From Candidatus Saccharimonadota bacterium (GTDB lineage: Bacteria > Bacillota_I > Bacilli_A > Mycoplasmatales > Hepatoplasmataceae): DNA of 32,000 nucleotides. Positions within the stretch are counted from its first letter, which is position 1. Each line of letters starts with the position of its first letter. The DNA is taken from positions 600,001 through 632,000 of the forward strand of contig NZ_CP006932.1 in assembly GCF_000582535.1 (NCBI RefSeq). Direction: 5' to 3'. Under the pieces are notes generated by a model, which did not search any database, was not told the DNA's origin, and saw nothing but the letters and a program-made list of their open reading frames with translations. The position numbers and the translations under genes were made by a program. Below, piece by piece: positions 11,576 through 22,863 of the stretch.

Positions 11576-12274
11576 TTAAATCATTTTTTTTATTTTTTGA
11601 TAATTAATCATTTTTTGTTGATAATTCAAATTTTTTCTTTTATAAATTATAAAATATCTCTTAGAATCATCTAATAATTTATCTTCTATAATTTTTTGTA
11701 ATTTTAATCCATGCTTTTGATAAAATAAATTGTCAATTTTCTCTAATTCTTTTTCGTAATTTTTTCCTTTATAAAAAACACTTATTTTATTTTTTTTAAG
11801 AAGAAAAGTACTTATTTCTAAAAGTAATATTAATGGTGCTACAGCACGAGCTAATACTAAATCAATTTTTTCTTCCAAATAATTTAAATTTTCGATTCGT
11901 TCGTTTATAATTTCAATATTTTTTAAATCTAATTTTTTACTAATATAATTTAATCAATCTGTTTTTTTATGAGAAGAATCAACTAATATAAATTTAATAT
12001 TAGGATAAATAATAGCAAGTAAAAGTCCTGGAAATCCTCCTCCAGTTCCAAAATCTAAAGCAATTTTTACTTTCTCAAATATTTTTAAATTTATAATCAA
12101 AAGAGAGTCATAAATATTTTTATCTACAAATTGTTTGTAATCTTTTATTCCTGTAAGATTAACTTTTTGATTATAAATATAAATTTCTTTTACAAAATTA
12201 AATATTTTTTTTACTGCTTCTTCATTTAAATTAAATTTTGAAAGAACATCGTATAATATTTTTTTTTCATTCAT
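11576..12274 (-). CDS. rsmG: 16S rRNA m7G methyltransferase RsmG/GidB (232 aa)
   Basis: Fragments 11576..11878 and 11954..12274 are in frame, joined by TGA. SAM-binding DFGTGGGFPGLLLAI. ...LVLARAVAPL... is typical of GidB. Confidence 0.9.
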
Positions 12275-12358
12275 TTTTATCTATTATAAATTTTAAAATA
12301 AAATATAAATTCTTAATTTAAAATTAATTTTCTTTTTTATAATTTATTTTAAATAATT

Positions 12359-14026
12359 CTATTTACTATAAATAGTTCAATCTGGAATTCAAGGATATAA
12401 AAAATTCAATCCTTCTGTAGATGGAACACTATAGGAATCGGAAAAAGTATTAGAAGCCTTTTCAATAATAATATTCCCATCTTGATCTATAGGTTGTTTT
12501 TCAATTGCATAAGCTACAAAATCAAAGAAATCATAATCATTAATATTAGAATCATATTCTTTTAATAAAATAGAAAAGGCTTGATTTAAATCATTAGAAG
12601 GAACAAAATTAAGACCATCATTTTGATAATTACCAATAAAAATAGAACCATATTCAAGAGGATCTTGATCTGTATAATAATAACTTGAATTTTTACCATC
12701 TACATAAAATAAATCAGAATTTGGATCTAAAAAATATTGATCAATTTCTTGATTTGTTTTTGCCGATAAATCACTATTTATATCATCTGGATTACTTTCT
12801 TTTCAACCTCCATCTTCTTTATTGGTTGAAATTTCATCATAATATTTTTGTTCTACTTCTTGATTTGAAATTTCATAATCATTAATAAAATTATCATCTT
12901 GATTATAAGTTAAAATAAATTTATCAATGTACCATAATCCAAGTTTTGTTGCTTCCTCAATATTTTTAGTAGCAGAACCCAATACAGAATTATCTGATCC
13001 AGGAAATTGTTTTGTTGCATCAACATCAACCCCAATTACTTTATATTGATTATTTTTATTTGTATCATTTTCTTGCTCTACTAAATTAATAGTATCAACT
13101 AATTGTCCTCCATTTACAGGAAAAATTACTTTAGTATTATTATCAATTAGCCTTGTTGTAATTGTTCTTCCATCACCTACATTAAATGAACCAGAAAATC
13201 AATCCCCAGTGCTTTTTTGTGATGTTTTACTTGAGTAATTTGGTTCATTTCCATATTGATTTATTAGATGAACATAATCAGATGAATAAGAAGATGAATA
13301 AAGCAAAGCGTTTTGATTTGTTTTATTATGCTCTAAATCATATCCTAATATTTGATAATTAAATCAATTTATTGCTTGTTCATATCCAGACATAAAATCA
13401 AATACTGTAGAAAATTGTTGTCCTCCATAAGTAGATACATTATTTTGCAAATTATCATCAAGAGCAGTAATATAAACTGAAGCAGCTAAACCAGCAATAA
13501 ATCCTGCTTGTTCGCTTTCAAAACGAAAAGAAACAACATTACGAGCAATTCTTCCATCATAATTTGCATCATCTACAATTAAAAATCAATCATCTTTATA
13601 TTTAGGATCAAACATTACACCATTATCATCTCTTGTTGATGTTGCATAATTTGTAGATCCTAATAATGAATCTATTACATTATATCCAGCAGAAGTAATT
13701 ATTTTTGTTCCATTATCATAACTATAAGTAATATTTTTTTGATATTCACTTGTATTATCAATTTCATTTGGCACAACTTCTCCTACTTCTTCGTTAAACA
13801 TTTTTCCATAGTCAATTGTGGCCTCAATTATAGTTTGATTAAAACCCCGATCATTTTTAAAAGGAGAATTAGGCATAACCATTATTTTTTGAAATCCTGG
13901 TGTAATTCCAGTTTTATAATTTATAAAATAACCCGTAAAAAATAATAATAATACAAGAAAAATAACAATTAATAAACTAATTATTGATGTGAATGTTTTG
14001 CGATGACTTTCAATTCATTTTTTCAT
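12359..14026 (-). CDS. BMP-family (PnrA-like) ABC substrate-binding protein with extended C-terminus (555 aa)
   Basis: ATG 14024-14026. Fragment 13586..13882 is in frame. I translated the end of the frame to TAG 12359-12361 (...EGLNFLYPWIPDWTIYSK*). The stretch below 13586 reads WFLIVDDANYDGRIARNVVSFRFESEQAGFIAGLAA, which is BMP-like. DRGFNQ motif near the N-terminus. Frame 12421-13500 was read by eye only. Confidence 0.75.
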
Positions 14027-14040
14027 TTTGTATCTCTATT

Positions 14041-14946
14041 TTAACGCATATCCTTTTTAAATGGCTTTCCTGCACTTGATGGTCCATTGCTTTTTGCTTT
14101 AAATATCACAAGAACAATTAGCGGCAAAATAAATGGAATTGTATGAGCTAATTCTGAAGATATTCCTATATCTATTTCAGATACAACAGCTACTAAAACT
14201 GAGAATAATAATGAAAAAGAAGTAATTCCAATAATTGTTCATTGTCCAAGAATTAAGATTGCAAGTGATAAATATCCTGAACCATTTACAGTACCAGAAA
14301 ATGAATCGAGATTAGCAACAAAAATTGCTCCTGCCATTCCTGATAAAAATCCTGCTGTCATAACGGAAAATCATCTTGTTTTTTTTACTGAAATCCCTGC
14401 TGTTTCAAGAGCATAAGGATTTTCTCCTGAGGCTTTTAATCTTAAACCATAATTTGTTTTATGAAAGAAGAAAGTAAAAAACAATAAAATAAGAACTGTA
14501 ACAATAGTCATTATGATAACAAATGAATCCATATTTCCTGATCAAGAACTGGAATGACCAACATCACTAATTGTTGTTCCTCCATTTGGAATTGCAAACA
14601 TCACTAAAAGTGAAAATGCTGGAGCAATCATATTCAATGCTGTTCCTGTAATTACATGATCAGAAAGTAAATTTATTGTAAAAAAACAAAGTAAAGTAGC
14701 ATAAAGCATAGAAAATAAACCAGCAAAAATTAAAGCTAAATAAGAGCTAAATCAATCTAAGCTTTCTTCAAAACCATTTATTTGAAAAAATAAGGTAAAA
14801 ATAAGTCCACCCATAATCATTTTTCCATCTAATGCAATATTTACAATTCCTGATTTTTCTGATAATAAACCAGCAAGTGATCCTAATGAATAAATTGAAA
14901 AAAATGCTAATAATTCTGTAAAAAATAAAGCTCCTGAACTATTCAC
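14041..14946 (-). CDS. ABC transporter permease 2 (301 aa)
   Basis: GTG start at 14944-14946, preceded by a strong SD (AAAGGAGGCAATA on the minus strand). Fragment 14752..14946 continues through TGA to TAA 14041-14043. Multi-TM. Overlaps the upstream permease stop by 8 nt. Confidence 0.85.
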
Positions 14947-16270
14947 TATTGCCTCCTTTATCTACTTTTTCTTCATGTTTATTTTTCTTTCTATTTTTCA
15001 TTTTTAAATATTGTTGTTTATAAACAGTATTTGCCTTTTTGCCTTTTTCTAAAGCAATTATTTTGTATTCTTTTTGTTTTTTTTGATCTTTATATTGATT
15101 TTCAGTTTCAATTGTTTTATCTTTTTTCATATCCTTGGTATTAGTTTTTTGTTCTAATTTTACCTCTTGTTTTTTATTAATTCAATTAACAATTTTTGTT
15201 TGAGGAGAATAAATTAAAAAGTAATTTGCTCCAGAAATAAATAGAACAATTATTCCCATAATAAAGTCAACAATATTTTCATCACTATAAACATTAAGAT
15301 AAACTTTTGCATTTTCAAAAAGCGAAATAAATAAAGAACCAAATACTGCTCCAATTGGATTATTAAAACCAATTAAAGCAATTGTAATTCCATTAAATGG
15401 TTCTAAAGGAAGATCATTTCCAACCACAGGAAGACTTTGATTTGTACCAAGATAAAAAGTTGCCCCTGCAAGTCCTGAAAGTGCTCCTGAAAGAGCCATT
15501 GCTTTATATATTTCACTTTTATAATTTATTCCTGAATATAAACTAATATCTTCTGAACTTGCAATAATTCCTTGCTTTATTCCAAAAGAAGTTTTTGAAT
15601 ATAAAAACCAAATTAATGGAACAATAATAACTAATAAAATAATCCCAATATTTATTGTAGAACCAGGAAATAAATTTGTAAGTCAATCAAATCTTAAAGA
15701 ATTGGAAGGATCAATATTCATTGGAACCGATCCTCCATTAAATAAATAAGGAGCATTAATAGGATTTCGAAAATAACGATAAATTCAAAAGACAATTCAA
15801 TTTAACATTATTGAAGAGACAACTATATTAATATTGTATCGATTCTTTAAAAAGGCAATTAATAAAGCAATAAATATCCCAGTAGCAACAGGAATTAATA
15901 TCGAAAACATTACACCTATTCTTCCAGGCCAAAGAACAAGGGCAGCAAAAAGATAACCAAATAATCCCCCTGCAACCATTTGTGCAAAAATTCCAATATT
16001 AAAAATCTTAGCACGAAAAGAAACCAAAGCTCCTAAACCTATAAAAGTCATTCAAGTAAAAACAGAAAGGAAATTTCCAAATTCTTTCAGACTTGAAAAA
16101 TTTCCTTCTCATGTTGCTGTAAATAAAGTAAGAGGATTATAACCAAATATTGCAATAATAACCATTCCAATATAAAGTCCGATGAAAATGATAATTAATG
16201 AAATAATTAATTTTTGATTTATATGAAATTTTCTTTTTTCTTTTTTATTTACTTGTTTTTTTGTTGTCAT
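14939..16270 (-). CDS. ABC transporter permease 1 with Lys-rich C-terminal tail (443 aa)
   Basis: ATG 16268-16270. Fragments 15797..16051, 15182..15499 and 14939..15130 are all in one frame. 15131-15184 was checked codon by codon. Stop TAG 14939-14941. Confidence 0.85.
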
Positions 16271-16287
16271 CTAAATTACCTTTATAA

Positions 16288-18318
16288 CTAAACCTCACCA
16301 ACAAACATTTTTGATATTTTATTTAAATCATAATTTCTTGGATCTATTATATTTACAATTTTTCCTTTATATAAAATTGCGATTCGATCACAAACAGAAA
16401 TAAGTTCACTTATTTCTAAAGAATAAAGAAGTGTTGCTTTTTTGGGGGAATTATTAATAATTTCTGTATAAATATGTTTAATTGATTTTATATCTAATCC
16501 TCTTGTTGGATGTCCAGCAAGAAGCAATTTATGTTCTTTTAATATTTCTCTTGCAATTACAAATTTTTGCTGATTACCTCCTGATAAATTTCTAATTTCG
16601 ATATTTAAATTATTTGCTCCATCAACATTCATTTTTTTAATTAATTTATCAGTTCAATCATAAATAGCTTTATTATTAATAATTAAATTTTTCCCTTTTG
16701 GATTTTTATAATTATCTTGATTCTTTTTTCCTTCAAAATAAAATTTAGCAAATTTTTGATCATTAAAATTAGTAATAATAGAATTGAAAGCTAGACTACG
16801 ATCAGCAATAATTCCATGTTTAAAACGATCAATTGGGATATGACTAATAAATTGATTTCTTGTTTTAATTTTAAAATCTTTGATATTTTGATTTTGAAAA
16901 GATATTATTGAATCTTTTGTTGGTTTTTTTATTCCTGCAATACAATTAAAAATTTCTTCTTGTCCATTTCCTTCAATTCCTGCAAGACCGAAAATTTCAC
17001 CTTCTTTGATATCAAAAGAAATATTATCTACGGCCTTAAATCCTTTTTTTGTAATATAAGTTAAATTTTTAACTTCTAATAATTTTTTTTCGATCGGAGA
17101 ATTTTTCTTAAATTCTAAAATTACTTTTGTTCCTACCATCATTTTTGCAATTTCTTCAATTGTAATTTTTTTTGTATTTTTTTCTAAAGCAATTAAATTA
17201 CCTTTTTTAAGAATAGCAATATTATCAGCAATTGTTTTAACTTCTTGTAATTTATGAGATATAAATAAAATTGTTTTATTAGCTTCTTTTAATTTTTTGA
17301 TCAAACTTAAAAGAGAATTTATTTCATCAATTGATAATGTTGCTGTTGCTTCATCAAAAATAATTACTTCTTTTTCTACTCAAAGAGTTTTTAAAATTTC
17401 TACTTTTTGACGATCACCAACACTTAATTTTGATACTAATTGATCAGGATTTAAATTAATTCCGTATCTTTGTGTAATTGCTTCAAATCTTTGATAATAT
17501 TTTTTATAATTTAAAATTCCATATTTTGAAGAATTTCTTGTTTTCAAGTCAATTTTTAAAAAATCTAATTCTTTTCTTAATTCTTCTATTTGTAAAACTG
17601 ATTTTGTTTTTAATTTTAAAACTTCTTTTTCAAGATTTAAAATTTCCAAATTTAAACTTTCTCTTGATTTTTCTTCTTGTTTTAAATTTTGTTTTATTTT
17701 ATTAATTTTTTGTTCTTTTTTTGTTTTACTAATCTTGTATTTTAATTTATTACTATTTTCAATATTTTTAATTTTTTGTTCTATTTTACTAATATTTAAT
17801 TTATTTCGATATCTTAAAAAACGCTTATTACGTAAAATTATTTTTAAATTATAATATTCTTCAAATTGTTCTTTTTTGCTTTTATTTTTATAAAAAAAAG
17901 AATTATATTTTTCTTCTAATTGCGAAATTCTTTCTTCATGAATTTCCTTTTCATCTAAAGAAATAGATAATTCTTCTTGTCCTAAAATAATATTTTCAAG
18001 TACAGTAAATTTTTCAACAAGATGGAAATGTTGATGAACCATTCCGATTCGATGCTTTTTAGCCGCACCTGATTGATACATATCACAAACTTTGCCATCA
18101 ATTTTAATTTCACCAGTATCTTGTTTATATAAACCAAATAATATAGAAGTAAGCGTCGATTTACCCGAACCATTTTCACCGACAAGTGCTGTGACTTTTG
18201 ATGGTTCTATTCCAAGGTTAATATTGTTGTTTGCAACAATTTTTCCATTTAAAAATTTTTTAGTGATATTTATAAATTCAAATTTATAAATAAGATTATT
18301 TTTTTCTTTATTTTGCAT
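16288..18318 (-). CDS. ABC transporter ATP-binding protein, tandem NBDs, with a large coiled-coil insertion (676 aa)
   Basis: Fragments 16288..16632, 16654..17304 and 17380..18318 are in one frame. NBD1: Walker A GENGSGKST, Q-loop MVHQHF, signature LSVGDRQKVEI, Walker B VIIFDEATA. NBD2: GIEGNGQEE, LSGGNQQK. Confidence 0.9.
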
Positions 18319-18509
18319 AAAATTTTTAAATTTTTTAACTTATTCTATTTTAAGTTATTTTTATTGTAATATAAATTTTTGAAAATCTTCAATTATTTTA
18401 AAAAATAATTATTAATTTTAAAATTAAAAAATTCAAATTAATAATCAAATTAAAATTAATTTTTTATTTAAATTTAATTAAAATTTAATTAAAGGGAATT
18501 AAATATTAA

Positions 18510-19112
18510 ATGAAAGAGCAAATATCAATAAATGAAAATGAAAATCAATATTTAAAAGAATTTATAGGAAAAATTATTAATTTTAATAATAAGATTAATG
18601 AGAGTTTAAAATTAATAGATGATAGATTATTTTTTGATGGTTTATTAAAAAAAGAAATATTTTTAAATATGAATAAAAAAACAGAAGAAGAAATAAAAAG
18701 TTTAAAAAATTGAAATAAAAATAATTTTTTAAATAAAAAAATAAATCAATGAATCAAAGAATCAATTTTAAATGTAAACAAATATTTTGATCTTATTGAA
18801 ATAAAAGTAAAAGAAATATTAGAAAAGATAGGTAATAAAATTACAAGTTTAAATTATCTTGATGAATCATATCCTTATCGAAAAAATTCAAAATTATGAA
18901 AATACGATCTTATTTCTACAGAAGTTTTTAATAATATAAATGAATATGATTTTTATATTAAAATTCATTCAGAAGAATTAAATTATTATTTACAAGAACT
19001 TAAATTATTGAAAAATGATTTATTAAATTGAATTAAAGAAGTAAAAATAGAAAAAATAATAGATTCAGAAAAATTTAAAAAAAGTATAAATAATTTAATT
19101 TTTCTTATTTAA
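18510..19112 (+). CDS. hypothetical protein, predicted coiled-coil (200 aa)
   Basis: Fragment 18510..18713 was extended codon by codon through 4 TGA codons to TAA 19110-19112. AAAGGGAA lies upstream of the ATG. Lys/Glu/Asn-rich. No family recognised. The 3' end overlaps the mnmG 3' end by 18 nt. Confidence 0.55.
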
Positions 19113-20972
19113 AAAATTCATAAGAATAATAATATCAGAAGGAGATATTCCAGAAATATTTTTTGCTTGATGAATTGTAGAAGGTTTAAATTCTGTTAAT
19201 TTTTCTTTTGCTTCTTTTGATAAATTTAAAATATCTTGATAGTTAAAATCATCTTGTATTTTTAAATTTTGATATTTTAAATATTTTCTAACTTCAATTT
19301 CTTGTTTTTTAATATACCCTTCAAATTTTATTTCCACTTCTAAATGTTTTTTTTCTTCAATTGTTAAATCAAAAAAATCTTTAAGTTTTAAAGTTAAAAT
19401 TTTATCAATATCAAAAATTGATATTTCTGGTCTTTTTAAAAGATTAATAATTGGAAAAGTATTTTCCTTAATTGAAATTTTTTTATTTTTTAGTAACTCA
19501 TCTATTTCTTGTTCTTTTTTTGTTACTTTTAAATTAGTTATCTTTAAAATTAGATTATCAATTTTTGCGATTCTTTTTTTTCATAAATCATAAGTATTAT
19601 TATCAATTAAAGAATTTTTATAAGCTTTCTTATAAAGTCTTCTTATTGCATTATCACTTCTTAATAACAAACGATACTCAGCACGAGAAGATAATAATCT
19701 ATAAGGATCATTAATTCCTTTTGAAGTTAAATCATCTATCATAACCCCAATATATCCTTCATTACGATCTAATACAAAAGGTGATTTTTTATTAATTTTA
19801 TTTGCAATATTTGCAGCAGCAACTAAACCTTGAGCAGCAGCTTCTTCATATCCACTTGTTCCATTTATTTGACCAGCAGTATATAAATTAGGAATTTTTT
19901 TTAATTCTAATGTTTGTTTTAGTTGAATAGGATTTAAAGAATCATATTCAATTGCATAAGCATGCTTTGCAATTTTTACTTTTTCAAGACCTGGTAAAGT
20001 TTTTAAAAATTTATCTTGTATATCTTTTGGAAGTGAAGAAGATAAACCAGAAAGATAAATTGTATCTAAATTTTCTGATTCTAATTCTAAAAAAACTTGA
20101 TGATGATCTTTTTGATAAAATCTTTTAATTTTATCTTCAATTGAAGGACAATATCTTGGTCCAATTCCTGTAATTTCCTCAGAATATAAATAAGATTTAT
20201 CAAGATTATCTCTAATAATCTTATGAGTTTTTTGATTTGTATATAAAATTCAAGCAGGAATATTTTGATAATCTTTAGTAATTAATCTTTTTTCGGAAAA
20301 ATATATAGGATCATTTGATCCTGGTTCTATTTTTAATTTATCAAAATTAATACTATCTTTAAATACACGAGGAGGAGTTCCTGTTTTAAGTCTTAAAAGT
20401 TGCAAATTAAATTTTTTAAATTGTAAAGAAACACCACTTGTTGTTTTTAAATTATTTGGTCCTGATCGATAAATATCAGTTCCTTGCATTATTTTTGAAT
20501 CTAAAAAAGTTCCTGTACATATAAGAATATAGTTAGCTTTAATATATTTATTTTTCTTTGTATTTACTCCATTTAATTTATTCTTTGCATCAAAAGATAA
20601 ATCAATAACTTCATCTTCAATTAAATCTAAATATTTCATTTCAAGAATTTTTTCTTGCATTAATTTTGGATAATTTAATTTATCTACTTGTGCTCTTAAA
20701 GCTTGTACTGCCGGTCCCTTTGATTTATTTAAAATTTTTGTTTGTAATTGTGTTTGATCAGCAACAATAGGCATCAAACCCCCTAAAGCATAAAGTTCTT
20801 TTACAACAATACCTTTTGCTGAACCCCCAATTGAAACATTACAAAAAAGATAAGAAATATCTGATTTCTTAAAAGTAATAAGAGCTGTTTTAATTTTTTG
20901 TTTATTTAAAACATTTGCAGCTTCTACTCCAGCATGTCCTGCTCCAATAATTATTACATCATATTTTTTCAT
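19095..20972 (-). CDS. mnmG: tRNA uridine 5-carboxymethylaminomethyl modification enzyme MnmG/GidA (625 aa)
   Basis: Fragments 19095..19337 and 20250..20972 are in one frame. N-terminal FAD motif YDVIIIGAGHAGVEAA. C-terminal ...AKNISGISPSDI... is typical of GidA. Confidence 0.95.
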
Positions 20973-21003
20973 AAGATAATTTTATCATTATATAAATTTA
21001 TAA

Positions 21004-22074
21004 TTAAATTTCTCTAGTATATTTATCAGCTAGATTATCAATTCCTTTTATATATTCAACTTCTATTTTTATGTTATTTTCATCAATTAAAGAAAAGGCT
21101 TTTTTCATATAATCTTTTGCTTTTGTTTTACTATTTATTTTTCTTGTTTTTATTCAGGAAATAATGGTTTTATTATCATCATAAAAAAATGCTTTTAATA
21201 TTTTGTTTTTTAATAAATATTTAATAAATTCTAAAAAAGCAAATGCTTCTATTTCATTTGATCATTCACAATCAGGATTTTCACTTCTATATAATAATTT
21301 TCCTTTATTATCAACTATAGCAATTAATCCGACATTATTTTTATTAGAAGAAATAGCACCATCGATATAAAAAATTTTTTGTTTAATTTTATTATTATTT
21401 AAATCTTTCTTTTTATTTTTTAATAAATTATCTAATTCTATAAAATAAGAAAATGTTGTAATTTTTTCAAATAAATCTATAAATTCTTCTTCTGAAATTA
21501 ATTTATTACCTTTATGTCTAATTTCCCCATTATTATTTAATTTAATAAAAACATCATTAACAATTTTTTTACCAAAAAAAGATTTCAATTTTTCTCTATT
21601 TTCTCTTCCATCTAAAAAGGAATAAAAAAGACCTAATTTTTTACATTTTATTTTAAAATCATTTTCTTCTAAAATTTGATAAATTAATTTATTTATATCT
21701 TCTATTATTGTAAATTTTTTCTTATTTTCATTTAAAAATGATTCTATTAAATTGATTATTTTTTTTGCACTATTTTCAAGATTTTTATTGTTTAATCTCT
21801 TTGTTGAAAAAATATGTTTTTTAATTTTTTTTAAAAGATCAATTGTACTTTCAAAATCTAATTCTTCAAAAATTCTTTCTAGCTTTTTGATATTTGATAA
21901 TTTGTCAAAACTTTTATCATTATTTGAATCAATTGCTTTATTTTTAAATTCTTTAATAAAATTATTAAACTTTAATTTATCTGAATATATTAAAGTTGTT
22001 ACTCCGTTGTTTTCCTTATCGATTAATAATTTTAATATTTCAACTATTAAATTATCCAATTCATATTTTTCCAT
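21004..22074 (-). CDS. protein with unknown N-terminal domain (about 230 aa) and C-terminal RNase H-like domain (356 aa)
   Basis: Fragment 21262..22074 continues through TGA to TAA 21004-21006, checked codon by codon. The C-terminal part reads IFYIDGAISS...VGLIAIV...WSNEIEAFAFLEF...AFFYDDNKTIISWI...KGIDNLADKY. That gives a D/E/D/D spacing like type-1 RNase H. Confidence 0.6.
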
Positions 22075-22086
22075 TTACAAATACTT

Positions 22087-22863
22087 TTATTCTCCCCTAA
22101 GTATTAATCAATCTGCAATTTCAGCATAGATTTTTTGATTTGTTTCTTGATATTTATATCTTGCTCATTTTGCTCAAAAATAAGCAGTAAAAATTCTTGC
22201 TATCTTAAATTTTTTAAAATCAAAATTACTTGTTAATTTAATATAAGTATTTAAAAATATTTCTTCTTGTTTTTTTGTTAATTTTCTTTTTACAACAAAA
22301 CTAGCAAGATCAAAATATTTACTATTTAATCCACCATATTCATAATCAATAATTTTAATTTGATCATCTTTTAAAATTAAAATATTACCATCAACAATAT
22401 CATTATTTGCATAACAAAGATCCTTATTAATTATTTTTAATCCTTCTTTTAAAATTAGATTTTCATCTTTATATTGCAAAATTTTCTCCTGCTTATTCAA
22501 AAAATTTCAAGTATCTAAAAAATTTGGTGCTTTAATTTTAGTATTTTTATTAATTTTTATATCATGAAGACTTTTAATTTCTTTTGCACAATTTATTAAA
22601 ATCTTATCATTAACATTATCTATAAAAAAAGGTTTATGATCTATTTTTTCTGCACAGAAGTAATTTTTACCTATTTCCAAAGAATTAAAAACTTTTAATT
22701 CTTTTAAAATTAAAATTTCTTGATTTTGATAAATTTTTGTAAATTCATTATTAACAAAAAATTTGCAAATAATTTTATCTTTAAAATAAACATTATTTGA
22801 TAATCCAATTTTGTCTTTAATTCAAGTTTTATCTTTCTTGATTATTTTTTCATTTCTTTCCAT
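22087..22863 (-). CDS. choline kinase / aminoglycoside phosphotransferase-family kinase (258 aa)
   Basis: Fragment 22174..22500 begins at an internal TTG. I traced the frame codon by codon up to ATG 22861-22863 and down through 3 TGA to TAA 22087-22089. N-terminal IGLSNNVYF (GxxN nucleotide loop). Brenner-like NNDIVDGNILI. IIDYEYGG motif. Confidence 0.7.

Noticed and set aside
12685-12885. Plus-strand 66-aa ORF
   Set aside because: It is antisense to the BMP-family binding-protein gene. Its low-complexity His/Leu/Phe composition is typical of antisense AT-rich frames.
13739-13945. Plus-strand 68-aa ORF
   Set aside because: It is antisense to the well-supported N-terminal part of the binding-protein gene.
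17478-18289. ORFs 17478..17705 (+), 17982..18185 (-) and 18092..18289 (+)
   Set aside because: All lie inside the ABC ATPase gene, in antisense or alternative frames. The ATPase frame carries Walker A/B and signature motifs.
18440-18500. Short direct repeats (ATTTAATTAAA x2) upstream of the 200-aa hypothetical gene
   Set aside because: They are low-complexity A/T sequence and cannot be distinguished from background in this genome.
18319-21003. Replication origin near mnmG/rsmG (the gidA/gidB context)
   Set aside because: No dnaA gene and no TTATCCACA-type DnaA boxes are seen in the flanking intergenic regions. Here mnmG and rsmG are also separated by the ABC operon.
21752-22129. Plus-strand 125-aa ORF
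   Set aside because: It is antisense to the RNase-H-like gene. Low-complexity Phe/Leu/Ser/Ile sequence.
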